From the human T2T-CHM13v2.0 reference genome, Homo sapiens, in assembly GCF_009914755.1 (NCBI RefSeq), contig NC_060941.1: a stretch of DNA of 64,000 bases, one strand, 5' to 3'. A program made the translations under genes and the position numbers. The notes beneath the pieces are model-generated. The model did no database searches. It saw only the letters and a list, made by a program, of their open reading frames with translations, and was not told the DNA's origin. This document shows positions 28,763 to 41,039 of this stretch, piece after piece. Each line of letters opens with the position of its first letter. Positions within the stretch are counted from its first letter, which is position 1.

Positions 28763-29905
28763 AGCTTAGCTAGTTTATTCACAAATAAATCACATGCGCA
28801 CACTTGCATGCAGGTTGTGTAGCAGCTCTGAGGCAGGGCCAGGGAGAAAGTCAAGGTTGAGCCCAGCTCCTGGGCGGCCAGATCAACAATCCATGCAGAA
28901 AGCAAACATCCGGCTTAGGATCCAGGAGGCCAGAGAGATGTGCCAAGAAGTCAGAGCAGGCATGGGAGGGCTTTGCAGACATCCTGGAAACCCCTAAGTC
29001 AGGTGCACCAGTAAGAGGTGGGAGAGGAGCAACTGCTCAGAAGAAACCAGAGGTTGCAAGAGGGGCTGGATTCTTTTCTCATGAAAAGCAGTGCAGTTCC
29101 CTGGAGCCATGCTGGCCCATGTTTTTTCACCTGGACTTGCTTTGCCCAGGGGCTTTTTTGCTCTGGGGTCATGCTCTGTGCCCTAGTTTCTTGGTGCCCT
29201 GGGTGGGTTCCCTTCTCCCTGGAAGGCCAACACGCAAAAGGGAAGGGGCAGCAGTCAGATCACCTGCATAGAGTTTTGTGAGGGTTTGCTTTATGGATGT
29301 TGATCCCTGTACTTTGGGACATTTTAGTCCTTGAACTAAATTGCAAGCCAGGGACAAGAAGTTCTTTGTACCAGGCAAGGAGCCGATCTTGAGATTCCCT
29401 ATTTTCCATTAGAGAAAACAGGAGACTGATTCAATGTCACTTCCACACACAAAACCTTTGCACAAAGTTTGCTGCTATGGGGCAGAGAAGGCCAAGGTTA
29501 GAATCAAGAGGAAAACCACTCACTATGTGCTAGGCACTGTGCTTTGTAGACATGAACTCATTTGAGCCTCTTAATTATCCTATGATAATTAAGCTTCAGT
29601 TTCCTCCTCTGTATAGTGAAAACCAGGCCTCAAGCCTGCAAGTTATTTGAAAGAGTTAAGTAAGGTAATATATGTGAAATTTTCCACCACTCTTAATGCA
29701 TCAGAAATCTTGGGTCTTATCATTTTACAAGATATTTAGATACTGTAGGCATGCTTTCATTTGGTCCTGGCTGGAAGACATATTATCGATATATTATCTC
29801 CTTCTTACAGATGACAAAACTGAGATCAAGTAACCAACCCGTGGCTATACAGAAAACTAAGGAATCATGGAATTAAAACCACCTCACCGAGTGCCCCTCC
29901 CATCA

Positions 29906-30075
29906 CCAGGGGTCTCAAAGTTCACTTACGTCTGAACCATGTGGGCACCTGTCAAAAACAAAGAGGCCCAAGACCTACCCCAGACCTATGGAATTCAAAT
30001 CCCCAGAGTGGGGCCCAGCCACCTGCATTTTTAAATCTTCCTCAGGAGATTCACGTGCACACTATAGTCAGTCTC
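29906..30075. mobile_element. MER5A-like hAT-Charlie
   Basis: ggtctcaaag...cccagacctatggaattcaaatcc...ggggcccagccacctgcatttttaa. Confidence 0.65.
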
Positions 30076-30184
30076 TGCACTAACAAGAAGAACTAGGCAA
30101 GAGAAAACCTAAAGGAAAAAGAAAGAAGTAACCAGAAAAACTAAAGGGTAAAGAAAGAATCTAGAAGATACAACCTGCTTATAT

Positions 30185-30376
30185 ATTACAGCTTTTACAC
30201 AGTTTTTACCAGGTGCAGGGTATGGTGGTAAGTGCTTTGTAAGTCTTATATGAACTTAGTTGAGTCTCAGAGTCACCCTATGACATAGGTGCTATTATTA
30301 GCCCCATTTTACAGATGAGAGAATTGAGGTTCAGAGAAGTGATAAGTTATTTGCCCAAAGTCACATAGCCAGTAAA
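30185..30376 (-). mobile_element. MIR
   Basis: ccccattttacagatgagagaattgaggttcagagaagtgataagttatttgcccaaagtcacatagccagtaa. Confidence 0.85.
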
Positions 30377-30392
30377 GAAAGACAGGAGATAA

Positions 30393-30706
<314 letters not shown>

Positions 30707-30973
30707 TAACCACCTTGATACACCTGTAGAGAGGAAAGTGAGCCAAGATAATGAGAAAGGAGAAAGGGCAAGAAAAGAGGCACCATGGAAAGCTAGCATG
30801 AAGCAAAGCTGTGTCCAGGTCCCAATCTAAGTCTTCAGAAACCCACCTGTGGACTTGGCAAGTTTGAGAATGGGACTTGGGTACCTGTAAAAACATTCAT
30901 GGTGTGTGGATGGCAAAGCCAGTCCAAATGCTTCCCTGCCACTTGGCGGGGGGCACCCCCCACATTGGCTAAA

Positions 30974-31394
30974 GTGGTTTGAATGGTGACTCCAAACTCT
31001 ATGTCCATGTTCTAACCCTCAGAACGTATGAATGTGACAGTCTATGGGAAAGGGGTCTTTGCAAATATAATTAAAGATCTTGATTTTTGAAATTATCCTG
31101 GATTATCTGAATGGACTCTAAATCCAATAACAAGTGTCCTCATAAGAGGAGAAGACACAGAGAGGAGGAGAAGATCATGTGAAGATGGAAGCAGAGACTG
31201 GAGTAAGCAGTCACAAGCCAAGAAATGCTGACCACCCCAGAAGCTGGAAGAGACGAAAGGAAACTCCTCTGGAGCCTCTGGAGGGAGTGTGGCCCTAACA
31301 ACATTTTGATGTTGAACTTCTGGCCTCATGTTGTGTTAAGCCACCAGATTCTGGTCATCTGATACACGATATAGCAGCCCCAAAAAACTACACA
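30974..31394 (+). mobile_element. MLT1B/C-like MaLR solo LTR
   Basis: gaatgtgacag...ggggtctttgcaaatataatt...gtgaagatggaagcagagactggag...ccagaagctggaagag...ttaagccacc. Confidence 0.85.
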
Positions 31395-31416
31395 CTGAGC
31401 AATGTTCCATTGATAA

Positions 31417-31756
<340 letters not shown>

Positions 31757-31767
31757 TGATAACTGAT

Positions 31768-32352
31768 TTAGTGGACACTGCTGTTTAAGTCTGCCTAGCA
31801 ACCCTTTTTCATTTTCTCTGGTTATAACTCCTCCCTTTCCCTAGACACCTGTTTCCCAAAACCTCCTGCATGTGATTCTGGTGGCCCATTCTAGACACAC
31901 GAAGTGCCATTCGTCCAAAACTGGCCAGTCAGAGAACCCCATCTCTTCAGCTACAGTGATTGGTCCAGGGGTGGCTCATGACCCAGGCTGGGCCAATCAG
32001 AGTCTTTCTCTAGATTTTTGTAGAAGTGAGCTGTGAGAGTTATACTTCTCTTCCCTTTGGAATTGTTAAGTTGATGCACCACTGAAGGGCATGTTTTTCT
32101 ATATGGAGAAAGCCCATCCATGTACAGTAGGCAGGAATGAGGCCAATGTGCAAACGGAGACAGAAATGAGCCGTGGAGTTAGAGCGTGAGGGAATCCTGA
32201 TAGTGTCTAAGTTTTCGGAGCACCTGTAACATAGTACACACCCATTATTAAGTGTGAAAGAATGTTTCGCTCTTAAGTGAAACAATGTTTTGGCTTAGGC
32301 TACCTTAAGTTAGCTTCCTGACCTTGCAACCATCAGAGCCTGGACTAACACA
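31768..32352 (+). mobile_element. ERVL solo LTR (LTR16/LTR33-like)
   Basis: cagtgattggtccaggggtggctcatgacccaggctgggccaatcagag; ends ttgcaaccatcagagcctggactaacaca. Confidence 0.7.
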
Positions 32353-33875
32353 AGGGACTTAAAGCAATTGCTGTTTTCTCCAGGCAAAACAGAGGGATCT
32401 GAGGATAAACTTTACTGCACCATTTGCATCTCATCCATTTCAGAGAAGTTCTGAGGATAAGATCGAGAGCTAGCGGTGAAGAAAAGATGTGGTGAAGAAA
32501 AGAAATGAGAAACATGCTTGAGAAAATCAGTCTCCTTTATCTTGATAGCATCAGGCAGAATGTCCTAAAGACGGAATGGGGACCATTTCCAAGCAGAAGC
32601 AGGTTCATTCTCATTTGGCAGAGCATGGAAAAGAGAAGGAAATGAAAAGATTCAGACGGGGAGTCAAGTCAGGCGTGGGCAGAGAGGTCCTGATTCCCCT
32701 TTTCATAACCGCACGAAGCTACCTATACATCCAAACACCAGCCTCAGGATCGCAGTGACATCTGAAACTTCATTTAGCCATTTCCTTCCCTGTTCAAGTC
32801 TCTTTGGGTTACTCAGCCCATACATTGCTAATTTTTCATCTTTTCAAAGCTCTCCATTGCATTTAAAATCAGAATGCATCCTATTCATCACTTCTGAATT
32901 TGAGGGGGTGGATTACAGAGGTCAGCAGGCCCTTTAATATAGAAAGTAAATGAGCAAGCGAAGCCGTGCGTGAACATGTGTGTGCATGTGAGCACACACA
33001 TAGCTTATTATTTCCTGCCTTAATCCACTTTTCAGCTCCACTGTGCAAGATCACAAGAAAGACTTGGACAGTACCTCTTAGAAAGGTTCCTGGCTTCTCC
33101 TTCAAGAAGCTTCTTCCTAAAAGTTGCCTTTTGTAGTTCACCAGGTCTGCTGTGCAGGCTTCAGCCAAGCTAATTACTGGTCAGCCGGCAGTCACTTTGA
33201 ACTAGTCACACACCAGACGCCCTCCAAGGATCTTGTTTGCTAGGTGACTGTTTTCATACAGTGCCTATTATATCTTCACGTGGCAAAGGGCCTTTCTCTC
33301 TCACTTGAGGCAGAGCAGAGAGGAAGCCCCTCCAATTAAAGCAGGGACAAAGAAATGGAGGAAGGCTGGGGCACATGGTCTTCTGACAAGGCTCAACAGA
33401 AAAGGGGGTCACAGAGAAACTAAATTTGGCTGCTATAATCCACTTAAAGGAAAAACTAAATCAAAGGAAGAGAGTGTGTGGAATAGGGGTGTGAGCCATT
33501 GGTGTCCTTTAGGTATAACCACTAGATTTCCAACCTGTTCATGGCCACCTGTAGAGTTCCCAAGGGAGTTGTGTATAGGTCTGGACGTTTGGATCCTATT
33601 CACCTAAGGTAGCTTAGAGTGGGTGCTAGGAAAATAGAAAAGTGTCAGGGGTCATTCCGTTTACCAAATCAGGCCTTTACAAGATAAGCAATAGGGAAAA
33701 AATAGTGAAGACCAAAAAGTTGGTGGCATTCAGTCCCAGGCTGTTAATAAATTCGTTATAAATGTGACCTTAATTTCCGAACCAAAAATGAAGACAAATG
33801 GTCTTATGACTAGGAGTATACATGGAATTCATGTAATAGAATTTTTAAAATTTGACTGCCCCTGAAATTATAGAG

Positions 33876-34083
33876 TAGTAGTTCTCAACTAGGGGCAGTT
33901 TTGGTGATGTCTGGAGACAATTTTGATTGTCATGACTGGGAGGATAGGGTGTGTGTGTAGTATTGGAATCTCTTGCATAGAAGCCAGGGATACTGCTCAA
34001 CATCCTCCTAGGCACAGAACAGGCTCCAACAACAAAGAATTATTCTGTCTTAATGTCAAATGTGCCACTGTTGAAAAATCCTG
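33876..34083 (+). mobile_element. MER20 hAT-Charlie
   Basis: agttctcaactaggggcag...tgtctggagacaattttgattgtcatgactggg...aacaaagaattat...ttgaaaaatcctg. Confidence 0.85.
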
Positions 34084-34122
34084 AGTACAGGTTGTATAAT
34101 TGGCAAACCCATCAGAGCCATC

Positions 34123-34482
34123 TGATATGGTTTGGCTGTGTCCCCACCCAAATCTCATCTTGAATTGTAGCTCCCATAATTCCCATGTATTGTGGGAGGG
34201 ACCTGGTGGGAGATAATTGAATTGTGGAGGCGGTTTCCCCAATACTGTTCTTGTGGTAGTGAATAAGTCTCACGAGATCTGATGGTTTGTTTTCCCTTTT
34301 GCTTGGCTCTCATTCTCTCTTGCCTGCCACCATGTAAGACATGTCTTTTGCCTTCCACCATGATTATGAGGCATCCCCAGCTATGTGCAATTTTGAGTCC
34401 ATTAAACCTCTTTTTCTTTATAAATTACCCAGTCTTGGGTTATTTCACACTGTTATCAGCAGTGTGAAAACAGACTAATACA
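34123..34482 (+). mobile_element. THE1 (THE1B-like) solo LTR
   Basis: tgatatggtttggctgtgtccccacccaaatctc...cagactaataca; TSD ccatc/ccata. Confidence 0.92.
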
Positions 34483-34744
34483 CCATACAAGACCGTTTTA
34501 ACCCCTAGGCAGTATATTCATCTTCCCTAAATTATGAGTGCATTTCTCACTAAAGACCTTGGATGCCTCCTCTCTGAAGAGTAAGATATTTTTCTTACAA
34601 AGTCTCCTTTTGGAAATGATGAAGCCAGGCACATTTTAATCATGATTTATCTCAGCCCCAACTACATCTTATTGAACTGAGATGGACAACTGACCCAGGC
34701 TATGCCACTCAAATTCTTCCACCAATAATTTATATTCACACAGG

Positions 34745-35180
34745 GTCTATTAATTAGGAAAGGATAGGATATGCTGCAGCAGTAAACAACCCTCAGATCT
34801 TAGTGGATTAAAAAATAATTTATTCCTTGCTCACCTGTTTATTCCTGGCATTACATGCAAAGGTAGGTTGCCAAGTGTGGGGTGGGGGTGGGAGACTTTC
34901 TCTCTTCCACATAATCACTCAGGCCCCAGGATGACCGAGGTTCACCCATCTTATGACACTGTCATCTCTACATGAAGCTTCAGGGTTCACCTTAGCAGAG
35001 GAAGAAACCACGGAAGGGGTTCATGCTGGCTTTAAAATCTTTGACTGGTAAGTGACACATGCTTCCTTCCTCTCACAGCCCATTGGCCAGAGCTAGTCAC
35101 ATGGCCCCACCTGCTTGCAATGGCGTAGAGATGTGCAGTCTTCCCAAGACCCAAGAGAAGTGAGGAGCCAGTGAGCTGTG
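34745..35180 (-). mobile_element. Old MLT1 (K/L-like) LTR
   Basis: ggatatgctgcagcagtaaacaaccctcagatcttagtgg...ccattggccagagctagtcacatggccccacct. Confidence 0.7.
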
Positions 35181-35771
35181 AGAAAGTGGGCTGCAAGGCC
35201 TGTAGTACCAGGGCTTGAGTGGACATTAGAAGGAGCCAGAACTGAGGTTACAGGAGAGCAGACCTCAGGAGAAAACAGAAGAGGCTGGTCAGAAAAGAGA
35301 AAATGAGGCAGGTGTGCAGGGAGAATCAGAGAGCAGGAGGCTCCTGAGAGATCCAGAAAGTAGATGCTTCAGTCTTGGGCAGCTTCCTGCTCTCCAAGTA
35401 GCCTGCTATGCTCTGTTTCATGAAAACTCTAGGTCAGTACACCAACACCTTGCTCTGAGCCAGCATGAATAGATTTCTCTTCCTTGCTACCAAAACAGCT
35501 TTGACCCATGCTTGCCATTTGTCCTTCTTTAATATGTAATTCCCTGTTAAGATTGTTGGGTTGTGGAAGGAAGCTGGACTCTCACACTAATGGAACTGCC
35601 CAAAGATGACGAAACTCCTGGGGTGAGCTTTTCAGAAGAGCCCAACTTTCCAACAGCCCCAGCCTAACACAGCCAACTGAGCCCAGGCAGGTAGCGGCCC
35701 CTGAGGCAACTTAAGAGGCTCAGAAGGACAATCCCTATGTCCCAGTGCCACCCCCACATCCAAAAGATGCT

Positions 35772-36390
35772 AGGCTTTTGGCCTGCTTTGTGCCATGGTG
35801 CCCTTCTCAGAATGATGCTTTTAAATCATTTAAATATTTTTAAATGCAAAAAATAAAATACGTAGGATTACAAAGGAAACCAATTACACTGAAAAGCAGT
35901 TAAAATATTTTAAAATTGAGACATAGTATTATGTGCACTTGTTAGTATTGCATTTAGAAACTCTAGTGACAGGTTTATACCTATCATAATTTCAGTAACA
36001 CTGAGAATAAATAACGTCAAGATATTTGCAACGACTGTAACTTCATATGAAAATATTTATTTGTTTTGATGGTAACAAAATCAACAAAATCACAGACACT
36101 TTTACTATGTAAATGTTTATTCTGTAAGTGTTTATTATGTGTTATTTTACTATGTAAAACAGTAAAAACCATTTTACTATGGTTTGTTGCCTGCATCTAT
36201 AATGAAAACGTATGCCAAATTTCCATTAAAGGTTTGTGAATGGAATGATGTATTTTATTATTTAGTAAAAAAAAAAAATACATATTTTGTTGTTAGTGAA
36301 AATAAAAACATATTTTCCCAGCCATGTTCATGGACCCCTTGAATTCTATGACCCGTTGGCCATCCATAAACCACAGATTGAGCATCTCTG
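35772..36390 (+). mobile_element. MER119-like hAT-Charlie
   Basis: tgtgccatgg...cccttctcagaat...aaataaaatacgtaggattacaaaggaaaccaatta...gttcatggacccc. Confidence 0.75.
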
Positions 36391-37044
36391 GCCACAAAGC
36401 CCCAGACAAAGCTCAAATAGATTTTCTGAGCAGGAAAACAGTTGATGAAGAGGAAACAGAAATTATTTATTACTGTAAGGCTAAGCAATAAACACTAAAC
36501 AATGAGTGACACCTAAGGCAATATTAGTTGATCAGCTTAGTTCTTGTCACCCTCTAGAGACTTGAGTATGAACAGAAGAGGTAAGTCTTAACAAGAACTT
36601 GGTGTCTGTAGAGGATGCTAAATCAGAAAACATGAGCGTGGGCTCACTGGGGTGGAACAGCCACTGCCTGCAGGGCTATCTTCAGGAGCAGGGACACACT
36701 GGAAGTGCCACCAGACCAAAGGAAGAAATATCTGCCACTAGGCTTCAGGCCTGGCCACTGGAAGGAAATGTTCAAAATGTTCTTCAGAAATTAAGGTGAT
36801 AACTGAGGAAAGAGAAAAAAAGGTGGGGTGGTGGTGGTGGGAAGTCAAGGCAGATGGAATGAAATTCATGGGAACAAAGTTTGTAGGGTGGGGGTGGGGA
36901 GGCTGAAGTCAAATGCCTCAATCACTGCAACCCAACCTCTTCGTTCTTTCTGTGGCTGAAGGCACTTGAAAAAACAAAGATTGTATGTGTTTGGGGAAGA
37001 ACCGAAATTTTTCTGAACACATTTACAAAAGAAGAAACAATGAA

Positions 37045-37165
37045 CTGGGTTCTAATTTCCCTTTTGCCTCCCTAATCTGCTGGGCCATCTAAGTCAAGTC
37101 TTTTCATCTCTCTGGGCCTCGGTTTGCTCATCTATAAAATGGGAGAGTTAGACTAGATAATCTCA
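37045..37165 (+). mobile_element. MIR
   Basis: ctctctgggcctcggtttgctcatctataaaatgggag. Confidence 0.7.
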
Positions 37166-37213
37166 TGGGCAACCATTTTACAACTTCAGGATCAGCCATC
37201 AATACCCTAGCAC

Positions 37214-37402
37214 TGTGATTCCCAATCCTGGCTGCACATGGAACTCTCCTGGCGAGTTTTTTTCAAACAACAAACAAACAAATACTGATGCTTGGGTCCT
37301 ACTTCCAAAATTCTCATTTAATTGGTCTGATGTGGCTTGAGCATGCAGAGTTTTAAAATTCCCCAAGTGATTCTAACATACAGCCAAGGTTGAGAAACAG
37401 TG
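37214..37402. mobile_element. MER5-type hAT-Charlie
   Basis: cctggctgcacatggaa...ttaattggtctg...ccccaagtgattctaacatacagccaaggttgagaaac. Confidence 0.8.
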
Positions 37403-37579
37403 TCGTAGCACAAATTTGTTAATTAGGTTGACTCTACTCACTTGGGAAAGCACTTTTAGTTGGGTAGAGGACAAAAATCAGACACCTGGGACAGACCAAA
37501 TGTTCAATAGACTCAGTCATATTGAGACATGGGACCCAGACCCAGAGAAGACAATGGACATCACGTAGGGGTGAGCAGG

Positions 37580-37860
37580 GAATGAGGTAGTTTTGGCTTG
37601 GAATGCAAGGAATGAATCTGTCCTACTAGCTGAATGAACTTGGGCCAGTAACTTCCTTTTTCTGAACCTCCATTTTCTCTTCTGTAAAATGAGCCCTGTG
37701 TAGAGGAAGGGGAAACCAACATACGTTAAATACTCCCTATGTGGCAGGCCCTGCCTGAGGTGCAGTACCTATATTATCCAATTTAATTCTCACACTGTAT
37801 TTGACAGATGAGGAAACTGCTGTTGGAGAGGTTAATTAACCTCTTTCCCCATCTCATTGA
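37580..37860. mobile_element. Two MIR fragments in opposite orientations
   Basis: tctgaacctccattttctcttctgtaaaatg (+); ttgacagatgaggaaactg...gagaggttaa (-). Confidence 0.6.
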
Positions 37861-37897
37861 GTTACTGCAGGGCCAAATGAGAACAAGTGTCTGAAAT

Positions 37898-38000
37898 AGT
37901 GTTGCCACCTTCCACAAATAAAAATACAACATGCCCAATTAGAGTTTTAGATAAACAATAATTTTGTTAGTCTATCTCAAATGTTTTGTCTGACAACTCA
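37898..38000. mobile_element. MER53-like hAT fragment
   Basis: gttgcca...caaataaaaatacaacatgcccaatt...agataaacaataattt...tctgacaact. Confidence 0.55.
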
Positions 38001-38029
38001 AGTTGGAAATCATTTTATCAACTCACAAA

Positions 38030-38920
38030 GTATCATTTAGAGTTTTATTGGGTTGTTTGGCTTACTAGCAAGAAATTTTTCAGTATTAGGGATATTAACC
38101 TCCTGACATGTGTCCTAAACATTTTCTCTAGTTGTGTTTCATTTTTTACTTTGTTTTCGGTGTTTGTTGTACAGAAGTTTTTAATTTTTTATGTTGCCAC
38201 AAGTCCCAATCTTTTTCTTTATGGCTTATGGCATTTGTGTCATGCCTACACGTTTCCACCCAAATATTGTACAAGTATTCATCAGTGCTTTCTTTGAGTG
38301 CTTTCTTTTACAACCTGATTTTTTACATCGAAAGCATCTGGAATTTATTTGGGGGGATGATGGCGCTTCCCCCCAAATGGCTAGCCAGTTGTTCCAATAG
38401 TGTTCAATAAATTATCTTTTCCCTTGCTTGTTTGAAAATACCCTTTATCATAGACTGAATTCTGAGATTTACATGTTGATATTTCTGGAACCTCTAATCT
38501 GTTCCACTACTTTGTCTTTTCCTTTCTCAGTGACACTATTAAAATAACTGCAATTGTATAGCATGTTTTATTATCTGGGGTGGGGGGAGGGGGCTACTTC
38601 TTCCTTGTTTTCCTTCTAAGGATTTCCTGTTTATCCTCACCTTTATATTCTTCCAGATTAATTTTTGAATTATTTTTATCAAGTACCCAAAACACTTGTT
38701 GAGGTTTTGATTAATGTTGGGTCGAATTTTCAGAATAGTTGAGAGAGAAAGGACCTCTTAACAATACCGTATGTGCCTATCCAAAAACAAAGGATATCTC
38801 TCCGTTTAGTTTCCTCTTTATGTTAGCAGCATTTTCTTCATGTAAGTTCTACACATTCTTATTAAATTTATTCTTAGCATTTGATATTTCATTGATATAT
38901 TCTATTTATTTTTGCACAAG
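38030..38920 (-). mobile_element. Old L1 (L1ME-like) fragment
   Basis: T-rich; gctagccagttgttccaa..., ttatattcttccagattaatttttgaatt. Confidence 0.65.
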
Positions 38921-38924
38921 GTGT

Positions 38925-39327
38925 TTATCTTTTCTCTCTCTTTCCCTTTCTTTCTCTTTCCCTCTCTCCATCTCTCTCCCTTTTCTTTCTCTCTTCTTCC
39001 TTCCCTCCCTTCTTTCTCTCTCCCTTTCTTTTTCTTTCTTCCTTTCTCTTTCCTCTCTCTCTCTTTTTTTTTTGATAGGTTCTCATTCTGTTGCCCAGGC
39101 TGGAGTACAATGGTGTGAAGCTTCAAAATCCTGGGCCCAAGGGATTTTCCCGCCTCAGCTTTCAGAGTAGCTGGGACCACAGGCATGTGCCACCGTGCCT
39201 GGCTAACGTTTTTATTTTTTGTAGAGATAGGGTCTTGCTATGTTGCCCAGGCTGGTCTTGAACAGCAATCCTCCCAACTTGGCCTCCCAAAGGGCTGGGA
39301 TTACAGGTGTGAGCCACCACAGCTGGC
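38925..39327 (-). mobile_element. CT-rich tract plus internally deleted AluJ
   Basis: (CT/CTTT)n 38925-39072, then a J-type Alu with deletions. Confidence 0.85.
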
Positions 39328-39574
39328 ATGAGTAGTTTTATTAATGGGAAGAAGACAGGAGTAGCAAAGAGGGAAAGAGAGATAAAAGCAAATTTGGTCA
39401 ACCTCAGAGTGTTGCCTTTATCTTCCCAAGAAATTCTAGGGAAGGTTCAATTCATGATGGTGACACCCATTAAAGGAAAGATGGTATGTTTGAGGACACC
39501 ATTTTAAAAACTGGAGAGTCAGAAGAACCAGATACAATTCTCCCACATAATTCTATAATAACAGACTATTTCTC

Positions 39575-39750
39575 AGCTAAGGAGAGGCCCGGAGCGAAAC
39601 AACCTGGCCCTTCCCACAGGCGCCCGCCATCTTTGCCCGACCACGCCGGGCATCCCGTTGGCTCTCAGTGAAAGCCCAGCCCCTTCCTGCTGAGGCTCCA
39701 CTTCCGGTTCGGAGGAGCCAGTGTTCTCTGGAAATTCTCTCTACGGTTTT
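39575..39750 (-). promoter_or_regulatory. Compact CpG-rich promoter-like element (YY1 + ETS)
   Basis: CGCCATCTT 39625-39633 (AAGATGGCG on -); CACTTCCGGT 39700-39709 (ACCGGAAGTG on -); local CpG cluster in AT-rich surroundings. Confidence 0.45.
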
Positions 39751-39996
39751 TCCTCTCTGGGCTTATTTCATGATAATTTGCTCCTCTGAAGGGAGTCTGG
39801 CATCTCCCTGACAAACACGTTTGCTGAAAGATTTACATTTTCGATTTCCTCGTCGCCCATTTTCTGACTGCATACATAAAAGAGAATTGTAAATGTTTAG
39901 AAAAATCAAAGTTCTTCTTAGACACCTGCAGTTCCACCCAGTTAGTTTTCTCGATAATACACGCCAAGAAAAGGCTGAAGAAATGAGGTGGAATAA

Positions 39997-40920
<924 letters not shown>

Positions 40921-41001
40921 TAATTTACTACCTGTGGGGTGCCAGTGGCTCTGCAGAGGGCATTCAGGGCTGAGGAAGGCTGCAAGCTCTTGACAATTAG
41001 C

Positions 41002-41039
41002 AAACATTTGAGTGTTAATAAAACATTTGAGTGTTAATA
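41002..41039. repeat. Perfect 19-bp tandem duplication
   Basis: AAACATTTGAGTGTTAATA x2. Confidence 0.95.

Noticed and set aside
30936-30950. CTCF-like CCGCCAAGTGGCAG on the minus strand (also weak hits near 13802 and 24750)
   Set aside because: Each mismatches highly informative core positions; not supportable without ChIP data.
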